DNA of 61,099 bases, the filler included. It is 4 parts of 4 records of this genome, joined end to end, with 100 filler letters (N's around TTAATTAATTAA, not from the genome) between each part and the next. Parts side by side here need not be neighbours in the genome. Positions count along the whole stretch, not along the records: positions 1 to 24,424 come from SRR20825019_2255; 3 more parts are not named here. One strand, 5' to 3'. Within the stretch, counting starts at the first letter, position 1, and each line of letters opens with the position of its first letter. Below, one piece after another: positions 1 to 10,900 of the stretch. The notes under the pieces were generated by a model. That model was not told the origin of the DNA and made no database searches. It saw only the letters and a list, made by a program, of their open reading frames with translations. The position numbers were made by a program, and so were the translations under genes.

Positions 1-685
1 GTGCATCGGAGTCGGTGATTCCGTCCCTAGCTAGGGGGGGAGTAGGTTGAGGATCCTCATGCGGCGGATCACAGGGCCGGCGACCCGGCCAGCTTGCGGG
101 CCGGTCACACGGGGCAACGAGCGAAGAGTGTTGATTCAAGGATTAGGAGTTGTCTGTCGTTGGATCAATCAGTCAGTACCGTACGCTGCCCTTCATTGTT
201 TGAAGGCTTGGGGTTCGGCCCGGCCCGGCGGCACCGTCTCAGCGGCCCCGCGGAGCCGGGGCGACGGCCCGCCGGCCGTGCGGCCCGGCGGGTCGCGGCG
301 CCGAGGAGGGCGGCTCACCCGGCGGGCCCGCCCCGCCCGGCGCGATGGCCCCTGGCCCGCCTGGCGCACTCCGGCTCCGGCCGGAGCCAGGGCCGGGCCG
401 TTCCGGTTGCGTCGTCAGCTGACCCCAATGGCTCGGGCGGGCAGCAGCCCACGGGGGCGCGCGGGCACAGTCGTCGCCGGATTCCAGCACTGTGGCTAAC
501 CTCGCGTGCCCCGGAAGACCGGCGTTTGGGGTCCAGACGGAAAGCACAGAAAACCCACAGAAAAACACTCCGGCGGTCAACACAGGTGTGAATCAGCCCC
601 TGCCAACTAGTGACACGCTGGTGCTTGTTGTCGTGGTCATATTCAGTTGCAGGGGAGGGGCTCTCATAAGAATTCCGTCATTTAT

Positions 686-3024
686 TCATTGGTACTGTTT
701 GAGTCCCTTGTCCGCATCCAATAATGCCTTTTCCACGGTACTCTTTCTGAACATATATTCAGGGAACTCTGTCATATTCCAATCGCCGCCTTGAGTTCTC
801 CACTCATCGTATACAACCTTCAAGTTGGGGTTTTGGGTGATCTGATAGGCCGCCGAGATTATCTTGAAGAACTCCTTAGCCTCGTCTTTCGCGTCGGGCA
901 TCTTGTCTGTTCATCACACAATCAGCACACATGTCACACATACTTTGTTACGTCATGATCATGCCGGGCCATACCAGAGTGATAGTTCAAAGCGCCGATC
1001 CTGTACATTTTCTTGCAGTCGTCGACAGTGGGTGGTTCTCTTAAGCCATAGATGAAATCCTCTGCTGTCTCCACCTGTTTCGCCATGAACTCCTCTGCGC
1101 TAGGGGCGTCTGCCTTTGTGAACCGGGCCGATTCTCCAAGCTTGAGAACTGAGCACACCATAAATCAGCTACAATTCCACCCCCCACACAAGCAGGCTAC
1201 TCACTGTAGTAGATATCATAAATGGGTTCTTCGGGATATTGAGAGTCATCGGCCCAGTAGGAGCCAACATAGCACATACCTACGCTAAGTGGATTGTCCT
1301 TAAACTCCTCACGGTCACCAGGTGAGGCAATGGCCTGTCCGCAGTCGAGGATAATGCGCGCATATTCCGTTACGCTGACGGTCTCAGGATTTCCCCTTTC
1401 ATCGGTCCATTTCATATCCCACTTTCCCCATCGGAGGAAAGGAGGGCCCGACTCAAGGCCGAGTGCCTTGAATGCATGGTCTTCATAGCGCACAAGGTAC
1501 GATCGTTCACTTGTTAACGTGCTCTCGTCTTCTGAGAGGCCATATCTAATATTCGCATTGGTTCTTTCAACTTCGGGAAGGCCGTCGTTGTCAGCACGGA
1601 GTGTTTCCTGAACATGCTTATGCCACTTGTCATATTCGTTGCCAGCTAGAGTTTGATCATCGAAGGGGAATTCTTTCAAGAACCATTTGCGCATCCGATG
1701 GCGGTTATCGAAGAATATGCTGTTGACCATGTCATTGTAATCGTCGTCATTACGGTGTTCAAGGAGCGCAGTCTTGATCAGTTTGGCAGGGTCCGTGGTC
1801 AAAGAGCAGTGAGCTGGACCGTACTCTCCCAAAAATGTGGATAGTATGTGGAAGAAATATACGATGATGGCTCCGGCAAGGTTCATGTTCTTGACAACAT
1901 CATCGGCCGTAGAAATATCCAGTAGGTGGAATTCGTCTCCATCATCATCACGCACCAACCGCCCAGCAGACAAGGCCAAGGAATCTCGGATTTGGAACTT
2001 CTGACCGCCTGAGACCGTGAGATCGTCCAACAATTTTGGCACGAGGGCTACCAGTTTCGAGTAGTACTCTCGTCCATAGCTGCCTATTTCATTCATATTC
2101 CACAACACACCTGCATGGGTAAACAAATTAGTCAAGATTCCTCGGTCTGTTCCAAGGGGCATATATACCTTGGGTGATCTGAATCAGACTGACACCATAC
2201 GATATATGAGTGTAGGGATATGCCTCCTCCAGAGAAAGACCATCGTCGACCATCAGTTCGATCGTGACATGCTCCTTCGCCTCAGAGCAAAGCCCAGTCT
2301 GGTGACCAGAGCGAACCAACTTGAGGTCGGTCAGGTTATACTCTTCCATAACCTTGTTGTAGTCTTTAATGGCGTCGTCCATATTCTTTCTGAGTCGATG
2401 AGAGGCTGGCCTCGACACGGTGTAGAAGTAATCAGACTTTCTGCTCACAGATACAGCCTTCGATAAAACCTGAAAGCAACATGTAGTCAATAATAAATAG
2501 GGCCCATCAGCTTACAAGGAGCACGATACCTCGATTGAGAACTGCACTTGCTTCCATTGGTTGTTATTTTCCGCATTTTCATTGAGCCCCAAGCTTGCCG
2601 TTCGTAGGGCCATGACGTTCAAGAGGCCACCAACTTCAGCTGCACTTTCGATGCTGAGAAGGGGGCCTCCGCCCACCTGGCGTGTAGTCTCATAGACAGG
2701 TCCATGCACCAGGTCATTCTTGGGGAGCCGTCTACCTTCCTTGTGGCAACCAATATGAAAACTCATACCCTTGCGGTTAAGTCGGTTTCCCTCAGAGTAG
2801 TACAGGAAGTGTTGGACGACCTGAGTCGTGGGCGACCACTGCGCCTCATGACCACGCAGCCCAAAGTCTGCATGCTGGAGAACTGGGGGGCTGGGCCAAT
2901 CATACCCATCCAGTTTAGCTTGCAACTCAGCCTGAAAGGAACTGACCTTATTGCCACATATGGCAAGTTGGGCATACATGACCGTCAATAATAGACGTGC
3001 ACTAGCTGACCGAGTCCTAGTCAT
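686..3024 (-). CDS. Uncharacterised multi-exon (about 5 exons) putatively secreted protein with a C-terminal J-like (DnaJ) domain carrying HSD instead of HPD
   Basis: Five collinear minus-strand ORFs can be joined by GT-AG introns (about 2470-2529, probably 2147-2195, 1149-1204, 907-974). The N-terminus is hydrophobic and signal-like (RLLLTVMYAQLAICG). The spliced C-terminus reads DIYYILKLG...DCKKMYRIGALNYHSDKMPDAKDEAKEFFKIISAAYQITQNPNLKVVYDEW, which matches the J-domain consensus. Confidence 0.7.
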
Positions 3025-4033
3025 GCCGGATCCGCTATGAAGCCGCTCTCCGGTAAGATCAAAATGAAGAACATGTGCTGAGCATATTTCACCACCGACG
3101 CCGTAGTGCCCAGCTCAACTGAACTCAACCGGGCGCGGACCGGCCGCCGCCGGGAGTCACCGCGCCGGGCACCCGGCGGACGAAGATGTGGCGGAAGAAG
3201 CAGGCATCCATCATCAACGGCTCCACTGCCTCCGAGTCGGTAGGTGGCTCTCGGGCCATTCCGTATAACGAATTACCAGTAATAATGAAGTTCGACCAGT
3301 GCCGGATGCCGGATGGTGACCAAGAAGCTTGAAGTTCTTACGAGAGTTTCGTGAGTTCAATTCCCTTGCCTAAAAGGATACTTGATATACGATATTTATC
3401 TTTTAAAAGAACACTACGATGAGAAAGACTGAAAGATGGGGTGAAAAGGCATAGGGTTGCCGGTTCGCTTACTGTAATTCACCGGGTCGGCCGCGCTTTG
3501 TGAACAGCTTGCAACTGGCGCCGGACAACGGAGAACAAGCCAGGGAGGGCGTCGTTTGGGATGCAGCCGTCGGTCAGGGGCCCCACGTTGGGTCATCATC
3601 TGCCTGCCCATGATGGCATCGCCACTCAGATGATTCCCGTGGGCGCCGGACCGGGCCGCGGGCTCGCGCCCCTGCCGCTCGATCATGAGGTGTAGTGTGG
3701 CCGGAAAAACTTCCGGGCTAGGTTCCGCTACCCGGGTGACCAGATCTGTGACTGTGAAGGGTCGGAGGCCCCAGACCCGGTCGAGCCGTGAGTGGCGGGG
3801 TCTGGGGTGCGCTAGTTCCGATCAAACTTGCGTTGAGTGATCCTGGCGGTCAGTGGCGTCACTTGTCAGTGTTCACTACTACAACGCTACAAGACCCGCC
3901 ATCTGGAGTCGTCATCATCTGCACCCCCGCCCCCCGGGTTCACCTCGAAACACAGGCCACACACCCCAATAAATACAGAGGTGAAAATAGTCTACTCAGG
4001 AGCTAATATACAATCCATCCACCTCTGAAACTC

Positions 4034-5336
4034 ATGGGGGCAATGGACTTGAAAACCCCTCTGATCACTCATCTTGATGACGAGACAAAAAAAGAAAAGA
4101 AGTGGACTCGCTTTTTCACTGGTACGACTGTCGAGGTGCTCTCATGACTTGTGCTCATCTCACTGTACTGCAGGCGAAAATCTGATAACGCTTTTGTGGC
4201 TTCTTGCTGTGATATTTTTTGGCTCAGTGAACAATGTCGCCAAAAAGGTTATGGCTGAAACAATGGCAGCAAAGTACCAGTACTTCATTTCGAACTTTAC
4301 TGCTGTGGGATACGTTTTCTTCTATGGAATTATTTTGTCTATCAAGGCCTGCACAGGCAGTGTAACCAAGGTACTAGGGCGCGGTGTTGCTGTGGAAAAC
4401 CTGGACTAATATTGCGTACAGGAAATGCTGTATTATGCCAAGTGGCCTTTGATCATCAGCGGTCTGATGGACGGTCTCGGTAACATTCTTGGCACACTTA
4501 GCACAAGGCACTTGGACGGAGCCATCCTTCCCTTGCTGGCGCAGTGTATCCTTCCCTTCTCCATGATTTGCTCCCTTATCATCCTGAAGCAAAGGTTCAG
4601 CTTCGCCCAGATTGTTGGCGCTGCCATTGTGCTGTGCGGAGCCATAGTATCGCTTATCCCGCAGTTTTCCAACTTCAAGAGTAGCGCTTCGCTGGCCTTT
4701 ATTTTCTTCGCGTTCATGCAGGCTATCTCGACACTCCCCAATGCCGTGTCGTTCTCTGTGAAGGAGCTGTACTTCAAGTCCTTCAAGGAGAAGGTGGATT
4801 CTCGCGGCCTCGACGTTTTCATTGTGAGCTTCTTTGGCTCCTTCTTCCAGTTTTTGTGGACGATTGCATTCTACCCCATCATTGCCATCCCAGGGTTCGG
4901 CGGCGTGCCATTCCGTGATCTCTCCGATGTGTTTGTGAATGGCATGAAGTGTTTTGTGGGAGTAGGAGATGAATGCTCTGGCAATCCGTGGGCCCCCCTT
5001 GTATATATTTGCCTGAACCTGTGCTTCAACATTGGTCTGATTGTCCTCCTGAAGAGGGGAGGTGCGTTGTTGATGTTCATTGGCATCAAGGCCTGTGTGC
5101 CATTCACAAGTGTTCTGTACTACATTAAGTGGCCCTACCTGAAGAGGGAGCCCCCGACAACCTATGTCTGGATTGCCATGGTGATCATCATGACCGGTCT
5201 GGTCGTATATAGGTTCTCCTCTGTTGTGAAGGAGGAAAAGGACGCAAAGAAGAAGCAGCAGGAGCTTATTGATGCAGCTAATGCCGATGATAACGGCTCG
5301 GAGGTGTCTGAAGATCTTAAGCAGCAGGAGGAGTGA
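4034..5336 (+). CDS. CRT-like (chloroquine resistance transporter / CLT family) DMT-superfamily transporter, 3 exons
   Basis: About 10 hydrophobic segments. CRT/CLT-like motifs include LPLLAQCILPFSM, KELYF, LDVFIVSFFGSFFQF, NGMKCF and PLVYICLNLCFNI. GT-AG introns at about 4122-4174 and 4371-4421. Confidence 0.8.
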
Positions 5337-5595
5337 GCTGCGAAACTGTGATCATACCACCCGGTCGACTCAATAAGGCGCCCCTCGCGCACCACGAACT
5401 TGTCGCCTGACTCCTTTTGGTGTCATTAGAAGCGAGTTGCAAATACAGTTCTCAACCTTAAACCGATATGTCTAATGAGTTGTTATTTATTGCACTCCTG
5501 GTCTTCGGACGACCAGAAAAATTAATTTACAGGCCTTGATAACACGATAGTTAACCCCCCCTTTTCGGAGTGGGATTTGCTCTAGGGATGGAGGC

Positions 5596-6834
5596 TTAGG
5601 CCTTGTCTTCAGCCTCCTTGAGCTGCTGAATACCCTTGTAGAGAGCAGTGATGATCTGGGCCTCAGAGATGCAGAAGCGAGCGGACGGGGAGATATCAAC
5701 AATACCATTCTCGATCGGAGTGTGCTCACCACCGGTACCGCGGACGGAAAGGCCAAGGGGCTTTGCGATCTCCTTTGCCTTGGCATCGGAGCCACCCTCG
5801 GTAAGCTTGGGGAGCTGGATGTGAAGGGAGGCACGCATACCAGTACCCAAGTTGGTGGGGCAGGAGGTGACGTAACCGTAGTCGGGGGAGGTGGCGAACT
5901 TGAGACCCTCAATACCCTCCACGACGTCAAGGGCGGCCTTCAAGCGGTCGAACACCTCGTTGAGCACGGTGCCCTTCTTCATGCACATGATGCGAAGGTG
6001 ATCCTCCTCACCAACCCAGATGATGAAGCCCTTGTCCTCGGACACGTAGCAACCACGGCCGAAGGGCCAGTCGTTAGAGATGCCAGCGGAGTTGAGGTAG
6101 GGATCGGCAGACATATCCTTGAACATGACGTGGGCCTTGACGAGCTCGTTGTACTTGGCATCATCGACGAAGTCAGCGTGGCCGGGGGTAAGGGAGTTGT
6201 AGCCACCTCCGTACTCGGGGTTGGCCTTCAACTTCTCGAAGGCCTCGCACATCTTCTTCTCGAGGTTGACACGGTCGTCCTTGGTCATGGCACCAGGAAG
6301 AGGGAAGTCAGAGAGGTTACGGCCCACGCGGACACGCATGGAGAGCTCGGGGAGGCCAAGAGCGGCGATATCGAGCTTGCCACCCTCGGGGAGGCCCTCA
6401 ACACCATCGAGGCTCCAGTTGGTGGTGTGCTTGGCATCCTCGGCAACCTTGTGATACTTAGCAAGAGCCTTGGAGAAGAAGGGCTTGAAGCGGTCATAGT
6501 CCGCGGGCTGCATAGCATAGCAACCCATACCAGAGTCAGGGTTGTCAATACCGGACTGCAAGCACTTCATGAAAGGACCCTTCTGGTCGTCAGGGAGGCT
6601 GTTGTAATAAGCCTCGTCAAAGACCTGCACGGTAATATTGTCCGGGCGCTCAGACTTAAGAGCAAGGGCCTTCTTCACGAGATCCTCAGGGCCACCACCG
6701 CTGCTCAACTCAGCAATCTTCTTAGCAAGATCCTCGAAGATTTCGGCAGTGGGGCGAGGGGTGCCGTCATCCTTCTTGGTCTTAATACCAAGAGCTTCGG
6801 CGCGGGCAAGGTCAGGGCGAGGAGTGGTGGACAT
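5596..6834 (-). CDS. ATP:guanidino phosphotransferase (phosphagen kinase, arginine-kinase-like), intronless
   Basis: Signature CPTNLGTGMRAS, plus WVGEEDHLRI, SMRVRVGRN and RGTGGEH. Strongly biased codon usage suggests high expression. Confidence 0.95.
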   Translation of the reverse strand: MSTTPRPDLARAEALGIKTKKDDGTPRPTAEIFEDLAKKIAELSSGGGPEDLVKKALALKSERPDNITVQVFDEAYYNSLPDDQKGPFMKCLQSGIDNPDSGMGCYAMQPADYDRFKPFFSKALAKYHKVAEDAKHTTNWSLDGVEGLPEGGKLDIAALGLPELSMRVRVGRNLSDFPLPGAMTKDDRVNLEKKMCEAFEKLKANPEYGGGYNSLTPGHADFVDDAKYNELVKAHVMFKDMSADPYLNSAGISNDWPFGRGCYVSEDKGFIIWVGEEDHLRIMCMKKGTVLNEVFDRLKAALDVVEGIEGLKFATSPDYGYVTSCPTNLGTGMRASLHIQLPKLTEGGSDAKAKEIAKPLGLSVRGTGGEHTPIENGIVDISPSARFCISEAQIITALYKGIQQLKEAEDKA

Positions 6835-7969
6835 ATTAATGCTCGATACAGTTTCAAAATGAAACTGTGGTGTATATCTACCTGTTCTCGCTGGCCGTTT
6901 GGAAATTTCCAGTAAAGCAAACTGTAGTCAGTAGCAGTCACTGTTAGTGGTCTTCCAGTGGGTCAGGTAGTCGCCCCCTGGTGGGTCACTCCAGGGGTGG
7001 GTGGTGGGTGGTGGCAATCTCTGGAGCTCGCAGCCAGGCCGTGGGAGGATATGATCGAGCGCCCACCACGGTCGAACCGGCTGCCCTGGGAGGCGGCAAG
7101 CCTGCGGGCCCGGCGTTACAACAATTAGGAAGGCCTTATCCCCTTCCTTGTCTATTCGTTGCGAGCGGCAACAAGAGGTTACAATCACGATCAAGCAGCC
7201 CGGTGACGGGTGAAACGGTGTGATGTCTGTTGCAGATTTCAGCCCACACTGATCTCAGTCGTCCTCCCCCAAGGGCCAAGGGCCTATCTTGGTGAGGGCA
7301 GGTCGGCAATCTCGGGCTGAGGGGAGATCAGCCTCGACACATTGGATAAGGTCCAACGCTTATTATGCATGAAAATTCACGGTGTAGAATTATAATGGAT
7401 TCGACGGGTGATCTCTATTTGAGCTTTAAGTCTATTTTTATCCCAAATCGACAAGAACACTCCGCAACAATCGCGACTCGATGGCAAGCAAGCCTTACTG
7501 TGTGGTGTGTGGTAACCGTGGCCTACGGGGCTTCCAGCCAGTCATCAGTCTGGTCGATGGGCGGTGAGACTCAACGGGAGGCGGCGGTGGTGGCATTGGC
7601 GCCACCTCATTGACACTCGACATGCCGGTCCGGGTCCCAACCAATGCAGAACTCCTCCTGGTACTACGGTGGGATGCGTTGACAGTTTCTGGGCTCGTAA
7701 CAAGTTGAGTGTGGGAATGGAATTGTCAGGAGCAGTCCACGTGGCGCCTGATCGACCGCGACCAGGCCTCTAGCTAGTAATAGCGCACACGACAGCCACG
7801 CCCAGGACAATTTTCGTGGTTTCCACCATAACACTAAGCAATGGCGTTCTTTACCGCCGGTTGTTTGTCGTTCAGTCTACCGCCACCTGTGCACAAGCCT
7901 TGCAGTAGCCTTGCCATTTCATTGAAATAATTTATTCGTTCGCGACACAGTTGTCCTCACGTGGCAGTT

Positions 7970-10900
7970 ATGGCGAAGGACCGCGTTGACGCGCCGTTCT
8001 CCATTCAACTGCGGGCATACTGGGGATATGCGGTGTTGATCTTTCGTGGATTTTTGATCGACGTGTTCAACTTGGTGAAAGCTGTATTCTTCGGTCTTGG
8101 AAACAACTTGACCAAGAAGCCGGATGAGCGTTTTGTCCCTCTGCTTGACGGGTGGGTTTGTTTCTTCACCCGCCACTTGTACGGTCGTATCGAGGACTGT
8201 TGGAACCGCCCCATTGCGTCGTCACCAGAGAACTGGTTCGACGTGTGCGAGCGTGCTCGCAACGAGGACGGAGAGCTTGTATTGACCGGAAAAACAAGGC
8301 ACTGCCTTAATCTTGGTTCGTATAACTATCTTGGATTCGGCGGGCTTGATCCCTACTGCTCTCCGCGTGTCCAGGATTCGATCCGCAAGTATGGTGTAGG
8401 GGTTTGCCTGAGTCCCGCGGAGCACGGCACCCCTGTTGAGGTGGCGAATCTGGAGCGCAAGGTTGCCGACTTCCTGAATAAGGAGGATGCCATGATTGTT
8501 GGGATGGGCTTTGCGACGAACTCTTGGACTATTCCAGCTCTTGCTGAGCCCGGGTGCCTAATCATCAGCGACGCTCTCAACCACTTTTCTATTGTTGAGG
8601 GTGTTCGTGGCGCGGGTGCCAAGGTGAAAGTGTTCAAGCACAACGACCCCGCCGACTTGGAGAGCATCCTGAAGAACTCGATCAAGGCTGGTCGCGGAAA
8701 GGCTGGCGACAGCTATGTGCCATGGAAGAAGATCTTGATCATAGTTGAAGGTATATATTCGATGGAAGGCGAAATGTGCCGTATGCAGGAGATCATTGAT
8801 GTCAAGAAGAAATATAAGGCGTACTTGTACCTCGACGAGGCGCACAGTATTGGAGCCGTGGGAAAGGGTGGCCGCGGTGTCACGGAATACTTTAATGTTG
8901 ATCGCGATGAAGTGGACATTATGATGGGCACCTTCACCAAGTCTTTCGGCTCGATCGGTGGGTATATTGCCGGGAAAAAGGAGATTGTCTCCGCCCTTCG
9001 TGCAAACGCCGCCAACTATGTCTATTCAATGGCTATGTCACCTGCCTGTGCATCACAGGTCATTGCTGCCTTTGAGCTAATTCTTGGCGAGGATGGAACC
9101 GACCGTGGCCGTAAGAAGATTGCTGCACTAGTCCGGAACTCCAAGAAGTTCCGCCATGGTCTCGTTGAGCGCGGCTTCCGGGTCCTCGGAGACCCAGACT
9201 CCCCTGTGATTCCTCTTATGCTTTACCACCCGGAGTGGATCGCCGAGTTTAGCCGTGCCTGCTTCGAGCGCAAGGTCGCCGCCGTGGTGGTGGGATATCC
9301 CGCCACCCCACTCATGTACGGGCGCGCACGGTTCTGTGTCTCCGCTGCACACACAGATGATGAAATCGAGCTTGCTCTCAAGACCATCGATGAGATCGCA
9401 CCTCACGTTAAGTTTGATATCAACAACCCCAACCGCATTGCAGAGATGGAGGATCAGCACACCCCATACGAGGTGACGTCCGATGTGATTCCCGAGGTGG
9501 CCGAGTGGGAGCCGGAGCCTTTGGCTGTCATGCCATCCACAGTCCACAACTCGGTGAGCGTCGCTAGCGATGATGACAGCATTGCTCAGTTCTCACGCTA
9601 TGACTTCTTGGGCCTTGCGAAGCACCCGACCGTGATCGATGCGTGTGTCAAGACCGTCGATAAGTATGGTTGCGGTTCCTGCGGCCCGCGCGGTTTCTAC
9701 GGCACTGTTGATGTTCATTTGAAGCTGGAGGAGGACATCTCCAAGTTCATGGGAGTCGAGGCTTGCATTCTGTACTCGTTCGGTCTCAACACCGTGTCTT
9801 CTGTTATTCCCGCTTTCGCTAAGACCAGCGACTTGATTATTTGCGACGACGGTGTCAACTTTGCAGTGGAGAGCGGCGTGAATCTCGCACGCTGCAGCGT
9901 CAAGTACTTCCGGCACAACGATATGACCGATCTTCGTCGCGTGCTCCGTGAAGTCGAGAGTGAGGACGGCCTCACCTCATCCAACCTCCGCGACCCCCGC
10001 CGGCGCCGCTTCCTGGTGATCGAGGGTCTCTATCAGAAGACCGGCACCTTGGCCCCCCTCAAGGACATTCTCCACCTGAAGAAGAAGTACTGCCTCCGCC
10101 TCATCATGGACGAGAGCATGTCATTTGGCGTGCTGGGTGCTACCGGGCGTGGCGCCACGGAACACTGGGGCATGCCTGTGGAAGACGTTGACATTATATG
10201 CGCGTCTTTGGAATGTGCCACTGCGTCCGTCGGTGGTTTTGCCTGTGGCAATAAGGAGGTCGCTTCCCACCAGCGACTCTCAGGCTCTGGCTACACTTTC
10301 TCCGCGTCCCTGCCTCCGTTCGTTTCCGTTGGAACGTCAGAGGCACTCAAGATCATCGACAAGGAGCCCAGCAGGATCGCCCGCCTCCACGAGAATGCCG
10401 GATTGATGTACGAGAAACTTCACCTCGTCCCAGGCATTGACGTGTCTGGCGACCCCAGCTCCCCTCTTATGCACATTCGTCTGTCGAGGTCGACTGGCTC
10501 GCAGGAGGCAGACGAGGCTCGTCTCCTTGAGATTTGCAACTTGGTCAAGGAAGAGGCTGGAATGGAGTTCCACTTGAGCCGCTATGTAGTGAGGGAGAAG
10601 GTCACCCCTGCCCCTTCGATCCGGGTGTGCTTGTCTTCCCGCCACAACCGCACGGACATCGAGACCGCTGTGGATGCGATCGATGCCGCTTGCCACAAGG
10701 TGTTCCTGAAGGACAACACCATTCCCGAGGAGGTCACCGACCCTGAGCCGGCGTCGCTCCTCCGTGCCAACTCCAACGTGGAAATCATCAAGTCCTTCAC
10801 TGTAAACAACGCCCCGCTGGGCAGCGCGAAAATGGCGAAGCAGGTGGACCAGGCGGATGCCGATGACGTGGATGATATGCCCGAGGTATGGGTTCCCATC

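Noticed and set aside
47-591. R/P/G/A-rich ORFs in GC-rich spacers (also 13091-13837, 18444-19205, 31566-32659, 43566-44171)
   Set aside because: They reflect stop-codon scarcity in GC-rich low-complexity DNA and are not protein-like.
2147-2200. Ultra-short 22-nt intron or frameshift in the J-like gene
   Set aside because: Two 22-nt GT-AG options exist (2147-2168, 2179-2200), but a normal-sized 49-nt intron (2147-2195) also restores the frame. RNA data are needed.
5722-6915. Long antisense ORFs (397 aa here; also 16230-17450, 27144-28280, 56877-58700, 58784-60787)
   Set aside because: They are shadows of codon-biased genes on the opposite strand, with no independent motifs.
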